This document shows, one piece after another, positions 16,016 through 25,054 of a stretch of 64,000 bases of DNA. The notes beneath the pieces were generated by a model. That model was not told the origin of the DNA. It did not search any database and saw only the letters and a program-made list of their open reading frames with translations. The number at the start of each line of letters is the position of its first letter. The first letter of the stretch is position 1. The position numbers were made by a program, and so were the translations under genes. The DNA is taken from positions 48,369 to 112,368 of the forward strand of contig CAZPRK010000001.1 in the NCBI GenBank assembly GCA_964589485.1. The letters run 5' to 3'. Source of the DNA: an uncultured Methanosarcinales archaeon (GTDB taxonomy: Archaea; Nanobdellota; Nanobdellia; Woesearchaeales; CAYSVS01).

Positions 16016-16981
16016 ATGAATAAACCTTTAGATTTAACTCTCGAAATCAACAATAAATGTAATTTAAAGTGTAAACATTGTCAAATTTGGAAAGAACGTC
16101 CATTTTATGAATTAAATATCAACGAAATTAAAGATACAATAACTAAACTAAAAAATAAATATTCAGAAATAACTAATATTTCATTAACAGGTGGAGAATG
16201 TTTCTTAAATAAAGATATTGAAAAAATCATAGTATTATTAGCTAAATTACAAACTAACAATATCATTAAAGAATTTGATTTAGTTTCGAATGGATTTTTT
16301 TATGATAAAATTAAAGACATTTTCATCAGAAATAAAGAATTAATAACCAAATCTAAATTTTCAATAGCATTTAGTGTTGACGGTTTAAAAGAAAATCATA
16401 ATAAACAAAGAGGAAATCCAAAAAGTTTTCAAGAATTAGAAAAAAGTATTGATTTTTTTATAACTAATTTCCCTAACATTAACACTTCGGTTAAATTTAC
16501 TGCAACTAACATAAATTATAAAGATACATATAATCTATTTCTTTGGTGTAAAAATAAAAACATTAATTTTGCACCAAAAATAGTAGAATTTGGAACTAAT
16601 AATTATTACCATAGAAATGGAACTTCTGAGTTAAATGAAAACACTCAAGAAATGATAGAATATATGAAAAAAGTTTTTCAAAATTTATTAACTGAACCAT
16701 TAGTAGAAAAAAAAGGGATTAAACTTCATTTAGATTACTTAAATACGAATAAATTTTGTAAAAATAGTTGTTATACTCCTTGGCAAAGTTTATTTATTGA
16801 TTCTAGAGGTAAAATTTTTCCTTGTATTTATTATGACCCTATTACTAACATCCATGAAAATAACTGGGAATTTAAAATTAACAATCAAGAACATAAACAA
16901 TTAATTGCAATGGGTCTTAAGAAAACATGTAAAGGATGTCTTGCATATCATGGGTTCTTAAAACCATATAATTTAAAATGA
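16016..16981 (+). CDS. Radical SAM enzyme with C-terminal SPASM-like Cys cluster
   Basis: CNLKCKHCQ (CxxxCxxC); C-terminal cysteines CKNSCYTPW...PCIYY...CKGC. Confidence 0.75.
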   Translation: MNKPLDLTLEINNKCNLKCKHCQIWKERPFYELNINEIKDTITKLKNKYSEITNISLTGGECFLNKDIEKIIVLLAKLQTNNIIKEFDLVSNGFFYDKIKDIFIRNKELITKSKFSIAFSVDGLKENHNKQRGNPKSFQELEKSIDFFITNFPNINTSVKFTATNINYKDTYNLFLWCKNKNINFAPKIVEFGTNNYYHRNGTSELNENTQEMIEYMKKVFQNLLTEPLVEKKGIKLHLDYLNTNKFCKNSCYTPWQSLFIDSRGKIFPCIYYDPITNIHENNWEFKINNQEHKQLIAMGLKKTCKGCLAYHGFLKPYNLK

Positions 16982-17652
16982 TAATTATACGAAATGACGA
17001 TGTTGGATTAGAAAATAAAACTTTTATTAAATTTAATAATTGGATTAATGAATTAAACATTCCATGTACTTACGCAATCATACCATATTATATCAATAAT
17101 GAATTAAAAAATAAAATAAGTAAAAATATAGAAATAGTTATGCATGGATATAAACACAAAAATTATAGTAACAATGAAATTAAATACGAATTTGGAGATT
17201 CAAGAAATTATGAACAACAATTACATGACTTAACTGAAGCAAATAACATTTTTGAACATCATTTTCCGAATCAAGAAAAAATATTCATTCCTCCTTGGCA
17301 TAAAATAAATCAAGATACAATTAAAGCGTTAAATAAACTAAATTATAATAAAATTAGTCTATCTTATTTAGAAAAAAAACAAAAAACTCCTTTTCAAATT
17401 AGTTGGATTCATATTATTTTTCATCCAAAATTAACTAAAAAGAAAGACCTTCCTGAATTAATAAAAAAAATTATAGCTTTATGTCAAAATCAATGGTATG
17501 TGGGGATTAATATGCATCATCATTTTATGACTAATAGGGAAGAAGAAGAAACGACTAAATTATTCTTAGAATTAATTAAACAAATTTCAATAAAATATAA
17601 CATAAAATTAGGAAAAGTTACTGATTCATACAATAATCACGAACAGAATTAA
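16978..17652 (+). CDS. CE4 (NodB)-like polysaccharide deacetylase family protein, divergent
   Basis: RNDDVG (motif 1, DD), HGYKH (motif 2, HxxxH), IPPW (motif-3-like). Confidence 0.4.
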   Translation: MIIIRNDDVGLENKTFIKFNNWINELNIPCTYAIIPYYINNELKNKISKNIEIVMHGYKHKNYSNNEIKYEFGDSRNYEQQLHDLTEANNIFEHHFPNQEKIFIPPWHKINQDTIKALNKLNYNKISLSYLEKKQKTPFQISWIHIIFHPKLTKKKDLPELIKKIIALCQNQWYVGINMHHHFMTNREEEETTKLFLELIKQISIKYNIKLGKVTDSYNNHEQN

Positions 17653-18703
17653 CAACTAAATTTAATTCTTCATCAGGTAAAAAAGGAGATAATGGAAGAT
17701 GCACACCTTTTTTTTCATATTGCAAAGCTACATCTAATCCTTGAACATCTTGCTTAAATAAATTTAATGAAGTTAAACATTTATAAGACGGATCTAAATC
17801 AATATCTTTTCCTCTTAAATAAGTTCTTAATTTTTCTCTTTCATCTAACTCAATAACATAATGCTGCCTGATAGACTCAGCATACGTGGGATCTTTTGTT
17901 ACTTTAACAACGTCACCTAATTCTTTTTCATAAAAATTTTGCATTTTTAATTTAGATTTTCTAAGTAAATCAAAAACTTTAATTTTTACATTAATATTTG
18001 CCAACTCCAATAAACTTAACCTTGCAGCTGCACGTCCAAAATCCAAAACTGATAAATTATCATTTTCAATATCTAGCATTCCCGGAACTTGTGATGCAAT
18101 TTCATCATCATCATAAACAATACATCCTCCAGTATATCCTGGAACATTTTTATGCATAGTAAAACTAAATGCAGCTACATCGCTAAATTGACCAGTTAAT
18201 TTACCATTGTAAGTACTTCCGTGACTTTGGCAACAATCTTCTACTATTTTCAATCCATGTTTATTTGCAATTTCTTGAATTGCATCCATGTCACAAACAT
18301 GTCCAAACATGTGAACTGGAAGAATTGCTTTTGTTTTAGAAGTAATTTTACTTTCAATTTTAGTATGATCTATAACATAATATTCATTTGCATCTATAAA
18401 TATTGGTTTAGCTCCCAATTCTAATATTGGTAAAGCTGTTGCATAATATGTTAATGCTGGAACAATTATTTCATCTCCAGGTTTAATCCCAATTAATGTT
18501 AATGCTAACTTTAAGGCAGTTGTACCTGAATCTACAAATTTACAATGTCTTCTTCCAATAAAGTTACTCATATTTTTTCCAACTTGAACTTCATATGCTT
18601 CATGATCATGTAAACTCATTAAATCTAATACTTTATCAAACTCAGAAATCAAATGTTTCTTAATTAATTTATTTATCCTTAAATCTGTCGTGTATAAAGT
18701 CAT
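17618..18703 (-). CDS. DegT/DnrJ/EryC1/StrS-family PLP-dependent sugar aminotransferase
   Basis: FSFTMHKNVPGYTGG (SF..K PLP-lysine region), DSGTTAL, and overall architecture. Confidence 0.8.
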   Translation of the reverse strand: MTLYTTDLRINKLIKKHLISEFDKVLDLMSLHDHEAYEVQVGKNMSNFIGRRHCKFVDSGTTALKLALTLIGIKPGDEIIVPALTYYATALPILELGAKPIFIDANEYYVIDHTKIESKITSKTKAILPVHMFGHVCDMDAIQEIANKHGLKIVEDCCQSHGSTYNGKLTGQFSDVAAFSFTMHKNVPGYTGGCIVYDDDEIASQVPGMLDIENDNLSVLDFGRAAARLSLLELANINVKIKVFDLLRKSKLKMQNFYEKELGDVVKVTKDPTYAESIRQHYVIELDEREKLRTYLRGKDIDLDPSYKCLTSLNLFKQDVQGLDVALQYEKKGVHLPLSPFLPDEELNLVVNSVRDYCMNQ

Positions 18704-19814
18704 TTAATAATTCCTCAGTTTTTTCTAATCCCATAAACCATTCAAAGTTTATTGTAGTTTCTTTATTTCTAAGTAAATCTAATTCTGCTTTTATAATTTC
18801 TGGTTCAATTTCGGCAAATTCTATAACTCTAGACCCAAGTATATCTTTTAACATATTGCATCTGTAATACTGTTCTTGATCTATATTTTTTGGTTTAGGA
18901 ATAAGTAAACTTTTAGTTTTATTTGTATATAATAATTGGACTCCTGTACCATACCCACACATACTTACTGAAAATTCAGATTCTGATAAAGTTCCAGTAA
19001 ATTCTTTTTGATTTAAATGTGTATGAAGTACTAACTGTCCATTTTTAATTTGATCTAAATATTTTAAATTTATTTTATTAAACAATTCATCTTCAGATGA
19101 AATTCCTAAAACTAAAACTATTTTTAAATTTGTCAACAAACATCCATCTATAAGTTTAAAAATATATTCATCTCCAACAATTCCACTTCCCCTTGTAATC
19201 ATTATTTGATTAATAACATTATTACTCAAAGTAGAACCTATTGGTAAAATATAATTTGTAAAATATACATTTTTTCTGTTAGATAAATAATCCAAAGTTG
19301 CAGACTTTCCAAAATATTGTCTAATATATTTAGGATCTAAATCTTCAGGACAATGAATTAATATTGCATCATAAAATTCATCAACAATTTTATTTTTATC
19401 TTCTCCGTAAAACCCTAAAGGATATCCTAAACTACAAACAATTTTAGTATTGTTTGACTTCAATTTTTTTAATAAAGGAATCAATTCATATTTTAATTCT
19501 ACATATTGAAAAGGAAAAGATAATATAATAACAATATCTGGATTAAAGTTAATAACTTCTTTAAATAATGTTAAAACTCTAAGTTTCATTACTTTTGTAT
19601 TTACAGTCTTATACAAAAAATCATGTAAAGTTGCTTTATTATGTAAAGGAAAAGGCATATTAATTAAATTATATTCAGATAAATCTAAATTAAATTTAGG
19701 ACCAGCATTAATTATTTTAACTTCATTTTCTTTAGAAAGATGTTTAGCAATACTTAATACTCTTTGAGTTTCACCCAAAGTTTCTGCATGGGTAAAATAA
19801 ATTAAACATTTCAT
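18669..19814 (-). CDS. GT-B fold protein, PseG/MurG (GT28 C-terminal)-like
   Basis: C-terminal SMCGYGTGVQLLYTNKTKSLLIPK resembles the GT28 C-terminal domain; N-terminal ETLGETQRVLSIAKHL resembles PseG/MurG. Confidence 0.4.
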   Translation of the reverse strand: MKCLIYFTHAETLGETQRVLSIAKHLSKENEVKIINAGPKFNLDLSEYNLINMPFPLHNKATLHDFLYKTVNTKVMKLRVLTLFKEVINFNPDIVIILSFPFQYVELKYELIPLLKKLKSNNTKIVCSLGYPLGFYGEDKNKIVDEFYDAILIHCPEDLDPKYIRQYFGKSATLDYLSNRKNVYFTNYILPIGSTLSNNVINQIMITRGSGIVGDEYIFKLIDGCLLTNLKIVLVLGISSEDELFNKINLKYLDQIKNGQLVLHTHLNQKEFTGTLSESEFSVSMCGYGTGVQLLYTNKTKSLLIPKPKNIDQEQYYRCNMLKDILGSRVIEFAEIEPEIIKAELDLLRNKETTINFEWFMGLEKTEELLNDFIHDRFKDK

Positions 19815-19815
19815 T

Positions 19816-21201
19816 TTAAACCCAATTATTTTTTAACCAATGAGAATATGATTGTTCTAATGCTATTTTTTCAAATAAATATGTATATTGAAAAGAATGA
19901 ACTTTATGTGTAAATGTTTCTGTAATTGAAGGAATAGGATTTTTAAATTGTTGATATACTGAAACTTGATCTATACCCATATAAGCTCTAAATGGAGAAT
20001 AATAATAAAATAAATCAGTAAAACTAGACATCCAAAATGCAAGTAAATCGTCATTAGTAAAAACTTCTTTGGCATCCATATCTACTGTTCCAATCTTAAA
20101 AGTGTCATCAGTATACATCCTTCCTTCATCTGAAAAATATAACCCACCATCAAAATTATAAACCATAACTGTCCTCCCGCCAGATGAAAAGTTAGTTAAA
20201 TCAACATATAAAGGATCTTTTTCTGCAATTAATTTACGTAATTTAATATGAGCACCACGTTCATTTACTTCAATCCCTTTAGCATTTAATTCAGAAATAT
20301 AATCCATTGCTTCTTTCCAAAATAAATTAAAATCATCTGCAGAATAAGATAAATTATCCCAAGTTGTTAATGCATCTCCTAAACTATTTAATGGTCTTAG
20401 GTGAATTGACTGTATACCCAATCTTACATATTCATCTATTATTTCTTTTGGATATTTTAAAGAATTTTTAGAAATTGTTGCCAATACTCCAACAAAAGGA
20501 TTAATTCCTCTTTTTTTTTGTTCTTCTTTCACCATTTCTATTTTTTGAATTACTTCATCATAACTTCCTTCTCCAGTTGCAGTTTTTCTATGGAAATTAT
20601 GAACTTCTTTAGGACCATCTAAAGATGTACAAATAGATACATCATTATCTAAAAAAAAATCTAATTTTTCTTTATCTAAAAGTCCTAGATTTGAAACAAT
20701 AGTAATAACCATATTTTTTTTAATGGTTTGATTTAATTTTCGTAAATGAGTAATTATTAATTTAACAGTATTCCAGGCAATTAAACATTCTCCCCCTTGA
20801 AACTCAATTGTTGGAGAATCATTACTATTTTCCATTATCCATTTAACTACTTTCATCGCTACATCTTCTTTCATTAAACTTCTTCCACGACTAACTCCAG
20901 CATGACAATATGTACATCTTTGATTACAAGTATCAGTTACATTAATAATATGTAAACTTGGTTTAAAAAATAAATTTTTATTCAAACTACGATAAGTATT
21001 AACTATATTTTTAGTATTATTTTCATCAATAATAATTCCGCTTTTAATTAGTTTAGTTTGTAAATCTAAATCATAAGAAAAAGTTTTTAATTTTCTCAAC
21101 TCTTCTTTATCTAAAATAGTCCAACCACCAAAATATCCATTTACTACAAATTTATCTTTACTTACTTCTTTTTGAGTGTAAGGTAAAATACGTTCATTCA
21201 T
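19816..21201 (-). CDS. Radical SAM enzyme (single CxxxCxxC, no obvious SPASM), anSME/AslB-like
   Basis: VTDTCNQRCTYCHAG; GGECL motif. Confidence 0.75.
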   Translation of the reverse strand: MNERILPYTQKEVSKDKFVVNGYFGGWTILDKEELRKLKTFSYDLDLQTKLIKSGIIIDENNTKNIVNTYRSLNKNLFFKPSLHIINVTDTCNQRCTYCHAGVSRGRSLMKEDVAMKVVKWIMENSNDSPTIEFQGGECLIAWNTVKLIITHLRKLNQTIKKNMVITIVSNLGLLDKEKLDFFLDNDVSICTSLDGPKEVHNFHRKTATGEGSYDEVIQKIEMVKEEQKKRGINPFVGVLATISKNSLKYPKEIIDEYVRLGIQSIHLRPLNSLGDALTTWDNLSYSADDFNLFWKEAMDYISELNAKGIEVNERGAHIKLRKLIAEKDPLYVDLTNFSSGGRTVMVYNFDGGLYFSDEGRMYTDDTFKIGTVDMDAKEVFTNDDLLAFWMSSFTDLFYYYSPFRAYMGIDQVSVYQQFKNPIPSITETFTHKVHSFQYTYLFEKIALEQSYSHWLKNNWV

Positions 21202-21400
21202 TTTCTCTCACCTTAGCCAAAACATAATTAGCAAATTCAAACGGTAAAATTGAATCATCTTTAAATTCTATAATAACAAAAGAATCTTCTTCAACTAAAC
21301 TTACTTCATATTCTTTTTTAAACTCAAGCATAGTTTCCAAAATATATTTTTTTGGATAAAATTCTAAAGAAAGTTTAATTTTGTGAGACATCTTTCTCAA
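21194..21400 (-). CDS. Small hypothetical protein, 68 aa
   Basis: ORF overlapping the start of the downstream radical SAM gene by 8 nt (translational-coupling arrangement). Confidence 0.3.
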   Translation of the reverse strand: MRKMSHKIKLSLEFYPKKYILETMLEFKKEYEVSLVEEDSFVIIEFKDDSILPFEFANYVLAKVRENE

Positions 21401-21758
21401 CTTCTTCTAATAATTTATTTATTTCTTGTTCTTCGGCATCTTCAACTAATTTTGGTGAAGCTGAAAATAAAGCTCTTTGTAAAACTGCATTTATTACATC
21501 TTTATTTTGTTCAAATTGATTAAAATAATTAGTTATTGAAATTAAGTCATTAAAAAATCGTTGAGCAGTTTGATCTAGATTTACGTCTTTTTTTGGTTTA
21601 ATTTTCACAATAACTTCATCATTTAAATTTCCATCTAATAAAACATAAAAATCATCCAAATAAACATAAGTAGTAGCATATATATTTTTCAAAGAATACA
21701 TTTTTGGATTTAATGTGATTATTAAAGCATTATTTTCAATTTTATAGTCTGTTGTCAT
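21375..21758 (-). CDS. Hypothetical protein, 127 aa
   Basis: ORF in operon position upstream of the 68-aa ORF and the radical SAM gene. Confidence 0.4.
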   Translation of the reverse strand: MTTDYKIENNALIITLNPKMYSLKNIYATTYVYLDDFYVLLDGNLNDEVIVKIKPKKDVNLDQTAQRFFNDLISITNYFNQFEQNKDVINAVLQRALFSASPKLVEDAEEQEINKLLEEVEKDVSQN

Positions 21759-21780
21759 AAAAATAAAAGATAAAATTTCG

Positions 21781-22551
21781 TTATATATAGTTTTCGCTTT
21801 TCGAAACTATCTTTATATATTCTTTATTCTTATTAAGTAATTCATTAAGTAACTCATTCTTCATTAATTCATTTAATAATGATATATCTTTTTCAAGGCA
21901 CCCTTTAGTAACTCCATTTAAAGCTTCTTTTAATTCAACATTCCATTTAGAATTTACACAATTTCGTAATTCTTCAAAATTAATACTTTCTTTTTTAGAT
22001 AATAAAGAAATTTCTTGTGCAAATATAATATCCATATATCTTTGAGAATTTTCTACTAACTTAGATAAAACTGCAATTTTAGGATTTGTCCATATTAAAT
22101 TATTAAAATCCATAAAATTATCCAAAAATTCAATAGTTTTTTCTTTTGATTTTACATCTATAGGTCCAATTACCCTTTTCAAATTAAATATTTGGTGTTG
22201 ATTATCATTTTCACTAAACCTATGTGGAAAAAATGATAAAAAACTATCATTAGAATTAACTTTTTTTATTATATAATCTACATCTTTCAATGAAATAGTT
22301 GATTCAACTAAAATTAAAGGTTTATTTTCAAAATTAATAGAATTAATAATATCTAAAACTTGATTTGAAGTGTATACTGTAATAAAATAATAATCTGCAT
22401 TTATTTCAGAAACAGAATTAAAACAACTAATACCTTGTATAAATTTGTTTGAATCAATATCAACACCAATAACTTCAAAATTATCACAAGGTAACAAATC
22501 CTTTACTAAAGTATTTCCAATCTTACCCAATCCCACTACTGCAATTTTCAT
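21781..22551 (-). CDS. UDP-glucose/GDP-mannose dehydrogenase family protein, C-terminally truncated (no UDP-sugar-binding domain)
   Basis: MKIAVVGLGKIGN Rossmann motif; KLVENSQRYMDIIFAQEISLL matches the central domain; GCLEKD matches the catalytic GGxCxxKD; only 256 aa. Confidence 0.5.
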   Translation of the reverse strand: MKIAVVGLGKIGNTLVKDLLPCDNFEVIGVDIDSNKFIQGISCFNSVSEINADYYFITVYTSNQVLDIINSINFENKPLILVESTISLKDVDYIIKKVNSNDSFLSFFPHRFSENDNQHQIFNLKRVIGPIDVKSKEKTIEFLDNFMDFNNLIWTNPKIAVLSKLVENSQRYMDIIFAQEISLLSKKESINFEELRNCVNSKWNVELKEALNGVTKGCLEKDISLLNELMKNELLNELLNKNKEYIKIVSKSENYI

Positions 22552-23129
22552 TCTAATACTCTAAGAAAAGCTTGTAAATCTTTTCGGTTTCTCATTTCAT
22601 AAGGATCTTTAGCAAAAGAATATATTTGGTTTTTTAATTTATATTTTTTACATAACTTTAAATTTTGAATTATTCTTCCTATAAATTTAACTCTATTTCC
22701 TTTTAATATTTCATTAAAATTAAATCCAATAATTATATCTTTTTTCTTGGCTAAAACACTTAAAACTTGATTTAATCCACTTTCTCTATGATGTACAGAA
22801 TCACTTATTGGACTTAATTCTAAATCATAAACTAAATTGATCTTTTTTTCAAAAAAAGTCCTAGTAGGATTTTTTACAATAATAAAATCAGTTTTTTTCT
22901 TTGCTTTTACCATTTCTTCAATTTTATCTATTTGAATAGCTAATTTAACTTTTATTTTATCGGATTTAAAGTTTACAAAATCCTCTAAACTGTAACAAAA
23001 GTATATTTCATTATATCCTAACTGTAATGCTATTTCTATAAATTCATTTTCATTTCCTTTAGGAAACACAATATCTCCATTCATAATAGGTAGTAACAAG
23101 ATATTGAATTTAAAAGTATTTATTTTCAA
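22548..23129 (-). CDS. rnp3: RNase P protein component 3 (Rpp30/Rnp3)-like
   Basis: C-terminal region KKKDIIIGFNFNEIL...KKYKLKN...SFAKDPYEMRNRKDL parallels archaeal Rpp30 (ValgFsl...kkykv...SSA...d.R.prDL), as judged from memory. Confidence 0.5.
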   Translation of the reverse strand: MKINTFKFNILLLPIMNGDIVFPKGNENEFIEIALQLGYNEIYFCYSLEDFVNFKSDKIKVKLAIQIDKIEEMVKAKKKTDFIIVKNPTRTFFEKKINLVYDLELSPISDSVHHRESGLNQVLSVLAKKKDIIIGFNFNEILKGNRVKFIGRIIQNLKLCKKYKLKNQIYSFAKDPYEMRNRKDLQAFLRVLE

Positions 23130-23141
23130 TATAGAAATAAA

Positions 23142-24017
23142 TTAAACCAATTCATACAATTCGCAAGCCTTACAAATTTCTCCACGCGAAGGTTGATCGC
23201 ATTTCATACACAAGTTAGGTTCCTCAGAAGTTGCAAATTTTTTCTTTAATTTTGGTAAAATATTAATAAAATTATTAATAATATTTTCTTTAGTTCCTTT
23301 GTGATTGTTTTCATATTCATTTAATAAATCTCTTACTGTTGCACGATAACTTAATCCTGTATATTTACATTCAGTATATTTGATTTTAAATTTTTTTATC
23401 AAAGTATACACTAAAACTTCTTTTTCTCTCATAAAATATAAAGGTTTGACACGTTGTGTGAAAAAATGCCTATATTTTTTTAAGCCTGATTTTGGACCAA
23501 GTCTTGCCAATAATTCAACATTTCCTCTAAATAAATTTACTAAAACGCTTTGACATTCATCATCTAAATTATGCCCTGTAATTATTTTATCATACCCTTT
23601 TGAATGTTTATTTAACAAATATCTTCTAAATGTTCCACAAATATGACAAGGTTTAAATTTAGTTTTTTTAATCATTTTATCTAAAGGAGAACCAAATTCT
23701 TTTTCAAAAGCTACAATTTTTAATGGAATTTTATATTCATTACAAAATAATTTTAAATCTTTAAGTGTATGTTCTCTATAATATTTTATTCCTTCATCAA
23801 TAGCTAATGCTGTCACATTTCCAAAAAATTTATTGACTAAATATAAAACAGTTAAACTATCTTTCCCTCCAGAAACTGCAATCATAGTTTTATCTTTTTT
23901 TTCAATTAAGTCAAACTTTTTTATAGTGTTAAATACTTTTTTTTCAAAATATTTAACAAAATGTTCACTACAATATTTAGGATATATTGCTTTTTTTACA
24001 CACTTTGAACATTTCAT
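23142..24017 (-). CDS. ncsA: tRNA 2-thiolation PP-loop ATPase, NcsA/TtuA (Ncs6/Ctu1) family
   Basis: N-terminal CxxC zinc finger, SGGKDS PP-loop, internal CHICG and Cys for an Fe-S cluster, C-terminal CMKCDQ...CKAC zinc finger. Confidence 0.75.
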   Translation of the reverse strand: MKCSKCVKKAIYPKYCSEHFVKYFEKKVFNTIKKFDLIEKKDKTMIAVSGGKDSLTVLYLVNKFFGNVTALAIDEGIKYYREHTLKDLKLFCNEYKIPLKIVAFEKEFGSPLDKMIKKTKFKPCHICGTFRRYLLNKHSKGYDKIITGHNLDDECQSVLVNLFRGNVELLARLGPKSGLKKYRHFFTQRVKPLYFMREKEVLVYTLIKKFKIKYTECKYTGLSYRATVRDLLNEYENNHKGTKENIINNFINILPKLKKKFATSEEPNLCMKCDQPSRGEICKACELYELV

Positions 24018-24212
24018 TTATCCACCACTTACAACTGAAAGTAATTTAATTTCATCTTTATTATCTAACATTTCATCTTCTAAAATCAATTCATTATTTC
24101 TAATTGGTAAAACTTCTTCAGGATTAATCTTAATTTTTTCAAATAATCCTTTTAATTTTCCACTATAATTTATATTAATTGTTTTATTTTTATGTTCAAT
24201 ATATACTTTCAT
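24018..24212 (-). CDS. Small archaeal ubiquitin-like modifier / sulfur carrier (SAMP/TtuB, MoaD-ThiS fold) with C-terminal Gly-Gly
   Basis: 64 aa ending ...DEIKLLSVVSGG-stop; abuts the ncsA start with no gap. Confidence 0.65.
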   Translation of the reverse strand: MKVYIEHKNKTININYSGKLKGLFEKIKINPEEVLPIRNNELILEDEMLDNKDEIKLLSVVSGG

Positions 24213-25054
24213 TTTAATTCCTCAATCTTATTCTTAATTTCTTTATCAGATAATGCAATTAAAGGTCTTAATTCGATCAATTCATCACCTAATACTTTAA
24301 AGTTACTTACATTTTGTCCAAGGACTATAACTTTACTTAATTCCTTTATTTCATTTAATGAATTTATTTTAATTGATTTTAATTTATAATATTTATCAAG
24401 CCATGTTTCGCCTATTTCTTTTTTAGAAATAAGAATTACTTTACTTCCTCTTCTCATCATAAAAAAAGCTGCCAAATAATCTTGATCTTTTTCAATGTAA
24501 CAATATAAAATTTTACTACTACTTATAGGCATTCCTCCGATAGCTTTAATTTTTTTACAATAAATTAAACTAAATTTAGGATAAATTTCAACCCCGATTT
24601 CTTCTTGAAAATCTTTCAAAGAAACTTTTGCGGAAGTATTTTCTAAAACATATTCACCTATTTTTTTTTCTAATTCATTGGATTTAATTTTAAATTTTTT
24701 ATCTATTCGTTTTACACTTACTCTAAATGTAGTTTTATCACCAAAATCAATAACTTCAAGTACTTTTTTATTAATATCTTCTAAATTAGATTGGGTAATT
24801 AAAGCATGACTAAAACCAACTACACCAAAAACCTTACTTAAGTCATATTTTTCATCTGTATGAATAAAAATTCTTCCTCTTCTTTTAGATATTTTATCAT
24901 AACTTAAGTTATTTTCATTTAAATAAAGTTTAATATTATTTACCAATATCTGTTCAAAAGTACTTCTATTTCTACCTTTTAAAGCAATCTCCCCATATCT
25001 AATAATTATCATAATAAACACCAAAAAATCATAATCGTAATTTCTCCACAACAT
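24209..25054 (-). CDS. ThiI-like THUMP-domain protein with degenerate, truncated PP-loop domain
   Basis: N-terminal RYGEIALKGRNR (ThiI NFLD/THUMP signature). The PP-loop position reads YCYIEKDQDYLAAFFMMRRG where canonical ThiI has LLSGGIDSPVAA..MMKRG. Only 281 aa. Confidence 0.55.
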   Translation of the reverse strand: MLWRNYDYDFLVFIMIIIRYGEIALKGRNRSTFEQILVNNIKLYLNENNLSYDKISKRRGRIFIHTDEKYDLSKVFGVVGFSHALITQSNLEDINKKVLEVIDFGDKTTFRVSVKRIDKKFKIKSNELEKKIGEYVLENTSAKVSLKDFQEEIGVEIYPKFSLIYCKKIKAIGGMPISSSKILYCYIEKDQDYLAAFFMMRRGSKVILISKKEIGETWLDKYYKLKSIKINSLNEIKELSKVIVLGQNVSNFKVLGDELIELRPLIALSDKEIKNKIEELK

